From an uncultured Gammaproteobacteria bacterium (GTDB lineage Bacteria > Patescibacteriota > Microgenomatia > UBA12405): a stretch of DNA of 41,232 nt. The stretch is taken from the NCBI GenBank assembly GCA_964405765.1, contig CAYOPC010000004.1:1-41232 (forward strand), given 5' to 3'. The notes below the pieces were generated by a model. It worked only from the letters and a program-made list of their open reading frames with translations. It was not told where the DNA came from and ran no database searches. The translations under genes were made by a program, and so were the position numbers. Shown piece by piece: positions 24,535 to 32,394 of this stretch; the first letter of the stretch is position 1; each line of letters starts with the position of its first letter.

Positions 24535-26256
24535 TTAGTTGGTGGGGCCGCGGCGATAGACGGCGGCCCAAGGGACAAAGTTTGATTGAAAAGTTTTTTG
24601 ATGAATAACTTGGCCGTCTTTGTCGGTGACAGTCCAATCGAAAGCAGTTTTGAGACCGGGAATGGCATGTTCATCCTGAATAACTTTGCCGACAGGAAGA
24701 GTAGGGTCGTCAATCCAAACATCGGGAGGAGCTGGAGTAGCGTCCCATTGACGATAATTGCTGATTTCAACTTTGCGACCATCAGAAGTGCCGTAAATTT
24801 CGTAAGTTAGACGGCGAGCGTCCATATCGAGAACACTTTGAATAAGCAGATAATGAGCGGTATCATTGGTAAATTTTAAATCGGGACTAGGGATAAAAAC
24901 AGTAGCGTCGAAGCCGGGTTTAGAATCTTCTTCGTAATAACTAACCCGATAGGCATGGGCTTTACGCTCGGTAATATCTAAACCAGCATTGAGCATGGCC
25001 CGAAAAAGAGTGGTAGAAACCTGGCAGATTCCCCCACCGACATCAAGTTCAGTTTTACCCTGACGAATAATGTAAGCTTTGGCGTAACCAGCTTCAAGAG
25101 TAACCTCACCCAGTGATTTAATAAAAGAAAAGGTATCGCCAGGGGCAACTAAAATTCGATTAACAATGGATGAGCCTTTGGTGATATTGACATTACGGGT
25201 AGCGCTGGAATGCTTGAAAGTAGAAGTGCCACTGCCAATAAGTTCTTTTATCCCGAGATCATTGGCATCGGAGTTTTTAATTTTAGGTTCGGTAGATTGA
25301 TAAGAGAGATTAAATTCAATACTGGTTTTGTCGGAGTTCTCTAAATTAGTAAAAGCAGAAATAATATCTTGGGAAAGTTGATCGGAATCGATGTCAATAC
25401 CATTTTTGGCAGTCTGGAATTCTAAAACTTTATTATTTTCAAATTTAAAAACGGCATCAATAGGATCATGTTTAAAACTTTGAGAAGTGTTTTGGGAATA
25501 TAAATTAATTTTATCTTTTTGAAAACCATTATCGAAATCTATCCAAGAAATTAAGGTTTGATCGTTAAGGGTTACCCGATCGGAGGGGGTAATTAGAACA
25601 ATGGATTTACCGATTAACTTTTGAGCTCGGGAAATAGTTTGATTAACTTGATTTTGATCAGGAATAGTACCAATAGAATTAAGAGGAAGAGAAATTGTTT
25701 CGGTAAAATTGGCAAATTCGAGATTGTTAAGAATTTGTTCCTGAAGTTTACTTTGATCAAGACTTAGTCCGATAGAACCAGAGTTAGTAGAAATTTTTTT
25801 GTCTTTAAGAATAAGTTCGGTAGGAATAAAAGGTTTGTCGATTTGAGAAGCAATGTTTTCGATGGCCTGAGATAGTTGATGAGAGTCGTAGTTAACACTG
25901 AGAGAAAATTCTTTGGGATTAAAAAAGTATTTAATGTAATTAAATAAGCCTTCATCAAGACGACGATAAAGAATATTACCGGCGATTCTGTTAGTGTCAA
26001 GAGAAGCAGAGATAGAGGCGGTGGAAATGTCAAAGTTTTTTCCTTGATATTCAACTTTAATGTTGGTTGGCAAGACAAAATCCTGGTTGAGTTTATCAAT
26101 AATTTGACTGCGGGACAGATGAGAATAATCTTTGCCTAAAATTTTGGTATTACTGGCACTTTTGTTGTAATTGATGATGAGGGGAGCAAATAAAAAAAGG
26201 AGTGGAAAAAGAGTAATGATGAAGGCGACTAATAAGTTTTTGGTAGTGGATTTCAT
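24535..26256 (-). CDS. VanW-domain protein with N-terminal membrane anchor
   Basis: VanW core GGGICQVSTTLFRAMLNAGLDITERKAHAYRVSYY, plus an N-terminal TM helix. 573 aa. Confidence 0.8.
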   Translation of the reverse strand: MKSTTKNLLVAFIITLFPLLFLFAPLIINYNKSASNTKILGKDYSHLSRSQIIDKLNQDFVLPTNIKVEYQGKNFDISTASISASLDTNRIAGNILYRRLDEGLFNYIKYFFNPKEFSLSVNYDSHQLSQAIENIASQIDKPFIPTELILKDKKISTNSGSIGLSLDQSKLQEQILNNLEFANFTETISLPLNSIGTIPDQNQVNQTISRAQKLIGKSIVLITPSDRVTLNDQTLISWIDFDNGFQKDKINLYSQNTSQSFKHDPIDAVFKFENNKVLEFQTAKNGIDIDSDQLSQDIISAFTNLENSDKTSIEFNLSYQSTEPKIKNSDANDLGIKELIGSGTSTFKHSSATRNVNITKGSSIVNRILVAPGDTFSFIKSLGEVTLEAGYAKAYIIRQGKTELDVGGGICQVSTTLFRAMLNAGLDITERKAHAYRVSYYEEDSKPGFDATVFIPSPDLKFTNDTAHYLLIQSVLDMDARRLTYEIYGTSDGRKVEISNYRQWDATPAPPDVWIDDPTLPVGKVIQDEHAIPGLKTAFDWTVTDKDGQVIHQKTFQSNFVPWAAVYRRGPTN

Positions 26257-26257
26257 A

Positions 26258-26674
26258 TTAAAAACGGTTATCCATGGCCTGATTGGCTAGTTGGTCAGCT
26301 AATTTATTAAATTCACGGCGAACATGGGTGTATTTGATGGGTAGATTGATTTGAGTAAGTAATTGTTGAACTTGGGCAAAGAGGGGTAAGAGGGTTGGGG
26401 CTTTAACTTTATAGATGCCTTGAAGTTGACGAATCATGAGCTGAGAGTCGGCAAAAAAATTTACCTGAGAAATCCGATAAAGGGTTTGGTGTTTTTTAAC
26501 CCATTCCAGAGCAGCAATAATACCAGAATATTCAGCTTCATTGTTGGTTTTTATGCCCAAAAATTTTTCTTCCTGATAAAGCGGTTTATTTTGATCGTCG
26601 TAAATAACTAAGCCATAACCGGAAACACCCGGATTACCCCGAGAACCACCATCAGTATAGACATTGATAAGCAT
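26258..26674 (-). CDS. rnhA: ribonuclease HI
   Basis: VYTDGGSRGNPG, TNNEAEYSGIIAAL, DSQLMIRQ and the C-terminal NKLADQLAN catalytic pattern (D-E-D-D). Confidence 0.88.
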   Translation of the reverse strand: MLINVYTDGGSRGNPGVSGYGLVIYDDQNKPLYQEEKFLGIKTNNEAEYSGIIAALEWVKKHQTLYRISQVNFFADSQLMIRQLQGIYKVKAPTLLPLFAQVQQLLTQINLPIKYTHVRREFNKLADQLANQAMDNRF

Positions 26675-26692
26675 AAGAAATGATAACAGGAA

Positions 26693-26729
26693 AATAATTA
26701 CTAATTAATAATTAAGAATTAATAGTTAA
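26693..26729. repeat. AT-rich AATTAATAATTAAGAATTAAT motif
   Basis: AATAATTACTAATTAATAATTAAGAATTAATAGTTAA, 18 nt upstream of the rnhA start and abutting repeat 26728. Confidence 0.75.
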
Positions 26730-26775
26730 ACCCTTTGTCGTGATAAATCACGACATTTCCCTTAAAAAGGGAAAC
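26728..26775 (+). repeat. palindromic repeat unit (type E)
   Basis: AAACCCTTTGTCGTGATAAATCACGACATTTCCCTTAAAAAGGGAAAC. Confidence 0.9.
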
Positions 26776-26785
26776 TAAAAAGGTT

Positions 26786-27526
26786 TTATTCTAAAAAGAA
26801 GAGGCAGAACATGAGACCAATGCCCAAAAGAAGACAAATTAGCTGAGTAGCGGTAATGGAGATTTTGGGGTCGTGGCGGTGGAGCTCGGGAGTTAAGTCG
26901 GTGAGAGCTAAATAAATAAAGCCGCCGGCAGTAATGGGAATAAGATAGGAAGAAAAATCATAGTTTAAAAAAGAGATAAGAAAAACACCCAAAAAACTAG
27001 TAAGAGAAGTAATAAAGTTATAAAGAACGGTTTTTTTGAGGGGAACTTGGTGGTGGATAAGAATACCAAAATCACCTATTTCCTGGGGAATTTCGTGGAG
27101 AATTACAGCTAAAGTAGTGGTTAAACCAACAAAGGTGCTGATTTGGTAACTGGCGGCGATGAGGGCGCCGTCAATAAAATTGTGAACGCTATCGCCAATT
27201 AAATTTAGGGTGATAACATGTTTTTCTTCCTGGTGGCAATCAATTTCGTGGCAATGATGCCAACGAAGAATTTTTTCCAGAATGAAAAAGAGGATAATGC
27301 CAAATAAAATAAGTAAAGAAGAAGTGGATTTTGATGGAAAAAATTCAAAAGACTCAGGGATTAAATGAATAAAAGCATCGCCAAGCAGGCCACCAACAGC
27401 AAAGCTAACCAGAAAGAGAGTGATTTTTTGGATAGTTTTTTGGTTGATAAAAACAAGAGACAGACCAATAAGAGAAAGTAAACTAACTATAAGAGTAGAT
27501 AAAAGTGATAAGATGAATGGTGACAT
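26786..27526 (-). CDS. ZIP-family divalent metal transporter (ZupT-like)
   Basis: HNFIDGALIA and HEIPQEIGDFGIL motifs with about 8 TM helices. Confidence 0.85.
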   Translation of the reverse strand: MSPFILSLLSTLIVSLLSLIGLSLVFINQKTIQKITLFLVSFAVGGLLGDAFIHLIPESFEFFPSKSTSSLLILFGIILFFILEKILRWHHCHEIDCHQEEKHVITLNLIGDSVHNFIDGALIAASYQISTFVGLTTTLAVILHEIPQEIGDFGILIHHQVPLKKTVLYNFITSLTSFLGVFLISFLNYDFSSYLIPITAGGFIYLALTDLTPELHRHDPKISITATQLICLLLGIGLMFCLFFLE

Positions 27527-27592
27527 ATGGTTTATTTTACCAATAAAAATTGAATGTGGTAACTACCGATTGGTTTAGGGTATGATATAAGT

Positions 27593-29119
27593 GTGGATCT
27601 TGAAGATATAAAATCACCATTACCGCCAAGAAGGGTAAGTATTCAAACCGAACCTGAACCAGAAGAAAAACAGGTATTGGAGATACCTGAAGACAGGTTA
27701 AATCCGCAGGAAACTACGGTTTTTAGTGAAACTAAATTAAAAAGTGAAAGTAAATTGGCTTGGGTCAAAAATAAATGGGTAATGAGAGGAGTAGTAGTAG
27801 TCTTGGTATTAATAATAGGTTTAGGAGGGTTTAAAATAATTGGAAACAAAAAAGCTATTACAGAGACAGTGACTTTGAACTATTGGGGATTGTGGGAAGA
27901 TCCATCGGTAATGAATACAATCATAAGCGACTTTGAATCTAAAAATCCAGGAATAAAAGTGAATTATAAAAGGGGTCAAAGAACAGATTACAGAACTCGT
28001 TTAACTAGTAAATTAACAAAAACAAGTAATGGGGATGAAGATGTAGATGTATTTAGGTTTCATAATACCTGGATACCAATGATGAAGGATTATTTGGAGC
28101 CAGTACCGACGGAAACGGCAACAGCAATAGGGCTAGAAAATGATTTTTTGGATATTTATAAAAATGATTTGAAATTGAATGGAAAATGGGTGTCGGTACC
28201 AATAATGTATGATGGTTTAGCTTTATTTTATAATAAGGAATTATTAAATAAAGCTGGTTTGCCAATACCGGATGATTGGTGGGAGTTAAGAGAATCGGCA
28301 ATTAAATTAACTCAAAAAAATGAAGATGGTAAGATAATGGTAGCGGGAGCAGCTTTGGGGCTGGCCAATGTTAATGTGGATCATTGGAGTGATATTGTGG
28401 GATTAATGATGAAGCAAAATAACATAAATTTAGCTAAAATTTCTTCGACAAGTACGGATGAAAATCTTGAAGATGTATTAAAATTTTATGCTTCTTTTGC
28501 CAAGTCGGTTAGTAATGTTTGGGATAGTTCGCTACCAAATTCGACATCTTTATTTGCGGCCGGAAAATTGGCATTTTATTTTGGACCATCATGGCGAGTA
28601 TTTGACTTGCAGAATTTAAATAAAGATCTGGATTATGGAATTACTACAGTACCTCAATTACCGACTCTGGGAGTAACAAGTACTGATAGTACCCAATTAA
28701 CAGACAACCATTGGGCAAGTTACTGGACTGAAGGGGTTAATAACAAGAGTAGACATAAAGAAGCAGGGTGGAAGTTTTTGGAATATCTAAGTTCGGTTGA
28801 AGCATTGGAAAAAATGTATACGGCCGAGTCGCAATTAAGAACTTTTGGAGAAATATATCCAAGGAAAAGTATGTCAGAAAAACTTAAGAGTAATGAAAAA
28901 GTTTGGCCGTTTTTGTCGGTAGCTAATAAGGCCAGTAGTTGGTATTTGGCTTCGGAAACCGGAGATGAAGGGGTTAATACGGAGATGCAAAAATATTTTA
29001 CGGATGCAATTAACGGTTTATCAGGAATCAGTGGAAGTGCAACTGAAACAACTGAAATTATAACCAAATTAAAGAACGGAATAGCTCAATTACAAAAAAA
29101 ATATAATTTAACTAAATAA
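27593..29119 (+). CDS. membrane-anchored ABC-type extracellular solute-binding protein (family 1)
   Basis: GTG start and a TM anchor. LNYWGLWED....FESKNPGIKVNY and later W/Y-rich segments are typical of sugar-type SBPs. There are no adjacent permease or ATPase genes. Confidence 0.68.
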   Translation: MDLEDIKSPLPPRRVSIQTEPEPEEKQVLEIPEDRLNPQETTVFSETKLKSESKLAWVKNKWVMRGVVVVLVLIIGLGGFKIIGNKKAITETVTLNYWGLWEDPSVMNTIISDFESKNPGIKVNYKRGQRTDYRTRLTSKLTKTSNGDEDVDVFRFHNTWIPMMKDYLEPVPTETATAIGLENDFLDIYKNDLKLNGKWVSVPIMYDGLALFYNKELLNKAGLPIPDDWWELRESAIKLTQKNEDGKIMVAGAALGLANVNVDHWSDIVGLMMKQNNINLAKISSTSTDENLEDVLKFYASFAKSVSNVWDSSLPNSTSLFAAGKLAFYFGPSWRVFDLQNLNKDLDYGITTVPQLPTLGVTSTDSTQLTDNHWASYWTEGVNNKSRHKEAGWKFLEYLSSVEALEKMYTAESQLRTFGEIYPRKSMSEKLKSNEKVWPFLSVANKASSWYLASETGDEGVNTEMQKYFTDAINGLSGISGSATETTEIITKLKNGIAQLQKKYNLTK

Positions 29120-29122
29120 GGC

Positions 29123-29184
29123 AAACCTTAACCCGACCCTGTTTCCTAACCCTCCACTTCGGCAGGCAGGGCAAGGGTAAAAAA
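29123..29184 (+). repeat. palindromic repeat unit (type C with nested hairpin)
   Basis: AAACCTTAACCCGACCCTGTTTCCTAACCCTCCACTTCGGCAGGCAGGGCAAGGGTAAAAAA. Confidence 0.85.
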
Positions 29185-29191
29185 TAAAAAT

Positions 29192-29851
29192 ATGATTGCG
29201 GTAAATTTTAAGATTTATGAAAATACTTTTGGAGATGGAGTAGAAAAATTAGCTAGAATTTGTAAAAAAGTGTCAGAAAAGACGGGGGTCAAAATAGTGC
29301 CGGTGGTATCGGCGTTGGATGTTAGAATGGTTAAGGAAAAATTGGGAATGGAAGTTTGGGTTCAAAATGTGGATGAATTTTTTGAGGGAGCAAAATCAGG
29401 GTCAATATCGCCTATTCAAGTAAAAGAGGCAGGTGGAGACGGGACTTTATTAAATCATTCTGAATGTCGAAAAAAGCCCGGAACAATTAAAAAAATGCTT
29501 AAAGCCTGGCCAAAAAGTTTTACTTTAACACTGTGTTTAAGTAGTTTGGGTCAAGCTGAAAGTTGGGCGAAAAATGTTAAACCTAATTTTATTGCTTATG
29601 AACCAAAAAACTTGATTGGAAGTAAAGATAAGTCGGTGGCGACAGAGAAACCAGAGATAATTAAAAAAATAGTTAAAATGTATCCTAAAATACCGGTTTT
29701 AGTAGGTGCGGGAATACATTCACCAGAAGACGTAAAAGTTTCTTTAAAATTAGGAGCTAAGGGAATTTTGATTTCATCTTATATTGTTAAAAACAAGAAT
29801 CCCGAAGAAAAATTAATGGAATTAACCAAGTGTTTTATTAAAAATAAGTGA
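29192..29851 (+). CDS. tpiA: triosephosphate isomerase, archaeal-type (short, ~220 aa)
   Basis: AVNFKIYE, GTLLNHSECR, IAYEPKNLIGS and VLVGAGI match the archaeal TIM pattern (..NHSE.., ..EPPELIG.., ..GAGI..) rather than the ~250-aa bacterial form. Confidence 0.78.
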   Translation: MIAVNFKIYENTFGDGVEKLARICKKVSEKTGVKIVPVVSALDVRMVKEKLGMEVWVQNVDEFFEGAKSGSISPIQVKEAGGDGTLLNHSECRKKPGTIKKMLKAWPKSFTLTLCLSSLGQAESWAKNVKPNFIAYEPKNLIGSKDKSVATEKPEIIKKIVKMYPKIPVLVGAGIHSPEDVKVSLKLGAKGILISSYIVKNKNPEEKLMELTKCFIKNK

Positions 29852-29882
29852 TTTTTATTAATGGTTGCTGTATACTCGTATC

Positions 29883-30593
29883 ATGGCATCAATAGATAAT
29901 TTGCTCGTCTCTTTGCTAGTAGATGAGGTGGTCGGGGGTTTTATAGTAACAGTACCCCCAGGTCATGTAGGGTGTATTTATAGTGTTTTTAGGGGGGTGT
30001 TAAAAAATGTCTGGCATCCGGGGATGCATTTTAAGGTACCAATAATTCATCGGGTAAAACTTTTTAATGCTCAGCTGATTGAATATACGGTAGCCAAGGA
30101 TATTATACTGAAAGATAATAAAGAGATCATGGGTGATGAAGTGATTAATGCGGTAACTTCGGATAATAAGTTTGTAGCCGTGGAAGCAACAGTTTTGATT
30201 AAATTAGATACCGAGAGATTGCCGGAGATTTGGCAAAATATTGGAGAAAATTTTGTGTCGAAAGTGGTCCGACCAGTAACTAGAAGCCGAATTAGAAAAG
30301 TATTGACTAATCATACTTTAATGAATGCTTTGTCGACTGACAGAAGTTTGATTGAAGAAGAAGTAACTAATGAGTTGAGAGAATCTTTGTCGGGTCACGG
30401 TTTGAATGTGGAAAATTTTTATTTGAGTTCCTTGACCCCGATTGAAGGCTGGCAAATAACTGATGGTGATTTGCCCAAGGCAATGGAGGTTGAAGTGATT
30501 CAGCCAAAAACGGCCGAACAGATTAAAAGCGAAAGATTGTTTACTAACCAGCCAGAGTCAGGTACCAACAACGACTTAGGCCATAGGATGTAA
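29883..30593 (+). CDS. SPFH/prohibitin-family protein
   Basis: VPPGHVGCIYSVFRGVLKNVWHPGMHFKVPIIHRV is the typical SPFH N-terminus. The start may be the ATG at 29883 or the TTG at 29865. Confidence 0.75.
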   Translation: MASIDNLLVSLLVDEVVGGFIVTVPPGHVGCIYSVFRGVLKNVWHPGMHFKVPIIHRVKLFNAQLIEYTVAKDIILKDNKEIMGDEVINAVTSDNKFVAVEATVLIKLDTERLPEIWQNIGENFVSKVVRPVTRSRIRKVLTNHTLMNALSTDRSLIEEEVTNELRESLSGHGLNVENFYLSSLTPIEGWQITDGDLPKAMEVEVIQPKTAEQIKSERLFTNQPESGTNNDLGHRM

Positions 30594-31179
30594 GACTGCT
30601 AAGAGCAGAGTTGAGAGTGGAAAAACTGGTAGCGACATCATCAAAAAGAATGAGGTTTTGAGGAATGGGTAAAATTGGAGTAAAGGCTTGATGAAGGTTT
30701 TCTAATCGTTTTGGGTGACTTTTAATTTTTGCCTGTGAATGGGTATATTTAGACCGTAAAATAATCTGATCAGAAAATTTGAGATTTAGTTTTTGAGAGA
30801 TAGATTGACCAAGTAGAACAGATTGATTAAATCCACGCCAGTTTTGGCGGGAGTAATGAAGAGGAATAGGAGTTAGAACAAAATTATTTTGTTGCCAGTA
30901 TTTAATCAGATGAGGATAACATTTTTTGAGTTTTTGAGTAAAAATATTACTCATTTCGTCGGTGATATCGGTGGTAAATTCATATTTTAAAGATTGAATA
31001 GCGCGACGAATAAGGCCATGGAAATAAAAAAGACTAAGCCGGCCCTCTTTGGGTGGGTGGGAAGAAAATTTGGGAGAATGATATTTAATTTGTTGTTGAC
31101 AGTTAGGACAAAAATATTGACCGGCACGGCCGCAACCAAAGCAGGTTTTAGGAAAGAGAAGGTCGATGATAAAAGACAT
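30544..31179 (-). CDS. ComF-family phosphoribosyltransferase-like protein
   Basis: N-terminal double CxxC (CFGCGRAGQYFCPNC) and a C-terminal LILFDDVATS PRT-type motif. The convergent 50-nt overlap with the SPFH gene is tolerated. Confidence 0.7.
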   Translation of the reverse strand: MSFIIDLLFPKTCFGCGRAGQYFCPNCQQQIKYHSPKFSSHPPKEGRLSLFYFHGLIRRAIQSLKYEFTTDITDEMSNIFTQKLKKCYPHLIKYWQQNNFVLTPIPLHYSRQNWRGFNQSVLLGQSISQKLNLKFSDQIILRSKYTHSQAKIKSHPKRLENLHQAFTPILPIPQNLILFDDVATSFSTLNSALSSLTSYGLSRCWYLTLAG

Positions 31180-31180
31180 A

Positions 31181-31216
31181 TTAATTAATAATTAAGAATT
31201 AATAATTAATATTAAT
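31181..31216. repeat. AT-rich AATTAATAATTAAGAATTAAT motif
   Basis: TTAATTAATAATTAAGAATTAATAATTAATATTAAT, starting 2 nt upstream of the comF-like ATG. Confidence 0.75.
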
Positions 31217-31217
31217 A

Positions 31218-31520
31218 CACAATCTCCCCCTAACCCCCTTCTTTGACCCACCGACAGTTTCTCAGTCTGGTGGGCAGGCAAGAGGGGGAATCAAAACCCC
31301 TCAGGCTCGCTTTTCTCGCCAGCTCCCCTTGATAAAGGGGAGCAATTTTTCTTTATAGTGTCCGTGGTAGGATGAGGATAAAACCCTTTGTCACGATAAA
31401 TCGTGACATTTCTCCCGCAGTAGCGGGACTTACGCCTTAAAAAGGGAAACTTTAAAATAAACCCTAACCCTTCCCTTTCCCTTGACCCTCCAGAGGCGGG
31501 CAGGCAGGGCAAGGGTAAAG
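31218..31520 (+). repeat. cluster of four palindromic repeat units (A-nested, B, E-nested, C-nested)
   Basis: Units at about 31218..31296, 31293..31343, 31380..31450 and 31459..31520. Three of them carry an extra hairpin inserted in their own loop. Confidence 0.85.
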
Positions 31521-31538
31521 CAAAGTTAGTCTAGTTTT

Positions 31539-31568
31539 TTGGACAAAAAGGGCCAAATTTGATAAAAT
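31539..31568 (+). promoter_or_regulatory. candidate promoter for ssrA
   Basis: TTGGAC, 18 nt, TAAAAT, ending about 9 nt before the tmRNA 5' end. Confidence 0.4.
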
Positions 31569-31577
31569 ACAAGCTCT

Positions 31578-32035
31578 GGAGATGTATTGCATCGACGGAG
31601 CATGAACTTTAAAAAACGGCAAGCCGACTTTGATCCATTGAGTCGTTTCGTCCATAGGACGATCAGCCTCTGGCTGAAAACAGGGTTAAAACAAAAAATG
31701 CTAAAGAAAAACTTAGCAAGTTAGCTACCGATTTCACTGCCTATTTAGGTAAGGTTGCCGGTACTTCTTATCAACCAGCTTTGGCTGTTTGCTAAGAGAC
31801 TCATCACTTAGTTTTCTGTTTCGAGGGGAATTGGGTGGTGTAAATTAAATCGAAATGCAATCTCGATCTTCTCGGTTAGATCGTGGATTAAAGCGAGGGG
31901 TAATGCCCTCAACAATCGACATCCCGACACATTTTATGAATTTCTGTCGTCGGGAGTGTAGGTCAAAATTCTTTAAGCTTGTAGATGTTTTTTTGAGTCT
32001 GCTTTCGGACCCGGGTTCGTTACCTGGCATCTCCG
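31578..32035 (+). ncRNA. ssrA: tmRNA (SsrA)-like RNA
   Basis: 5' GGAGATG pairs with 3' CATCTCC. The 5' box GCATCGACGGAG resembles the tmRNA GGATTCGACGGG box. T arm is CCGGG-TTCGTTA-CCTGG. An internal frame ends ..YQPALAVC-TAA (stop at 31793..31795). smpB lies 4.2 kb away. Confidence 0.72.
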
Positions 32036-32040
32036 CCTTC

Positions 32041-32087
32041 GTCCCGCAGTAGCGGGACTACGGCGTGACGCAGTCCGCTTTTTTTTG
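32041..32087 (+). terminator. hairpin(s) plus T-run downstream of ssrA
   Basis: GTCCCGC-AGTA-GCGGGAC, then ..GTCCGC followed by TTTTTTTT. Confidence 0.45.
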
Positions 32088-32109
32088 ATTACTACTTCTA
32101 TCGAATTTT

Positions 32110-32376
32110 GTGTCAGAATTATTTATATATTGGGTTTATATATTGAAATGTAGTGATAATGGATTTTATGTTGGATGTACTGATGATTTAAAGAAAAGGA
32201 TAGAAAATCATAAAAATGGTGAAGTTAAAGAAACGAAATATAGATTACCAATAACTTTAAATAGTTATTTTGGTTTTAAAGAGAAACAAATTGCTTTTAA
32301 TTTTGAAAAGTATTTAAAAACAGGATCAGGTAGAGCTTTTGCTAAAAAGCATTTCAGGATTATGGTCACTGAGTGA
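32110..32376 (+). CDS. GIY-YIG nuclease-domain protein (UPF0213/YhbQ-like)
   Basis: YWVYILKCSDNGFYVGCTDDLKKRIENHKNG is a GIY-YIG core. 88 aa with a GTG start. Confidence 0.72.
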   Translation: MSELFIYWVYILKCSDNGFYVGCTDDLKKRIENHKNGEVKETKYRLPITLNSYFGFKEKQIAFNFEKYLKTGSGRAFAKKHFRIMVTE

Positions 32377-32394
32377 TTTTTTGGGTTTTTTATT

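Noticed and set aside
31291-32052. Tracked ORFs 31291..31512, 31464..31655, 31845..32030 and 31855..32052
   Set aside because: They lie in the repeat cluster or inside the tmRNA-like gene, and their peptides are repeat translations (e.g. ..LEGQGKGKG) or have no coding character.
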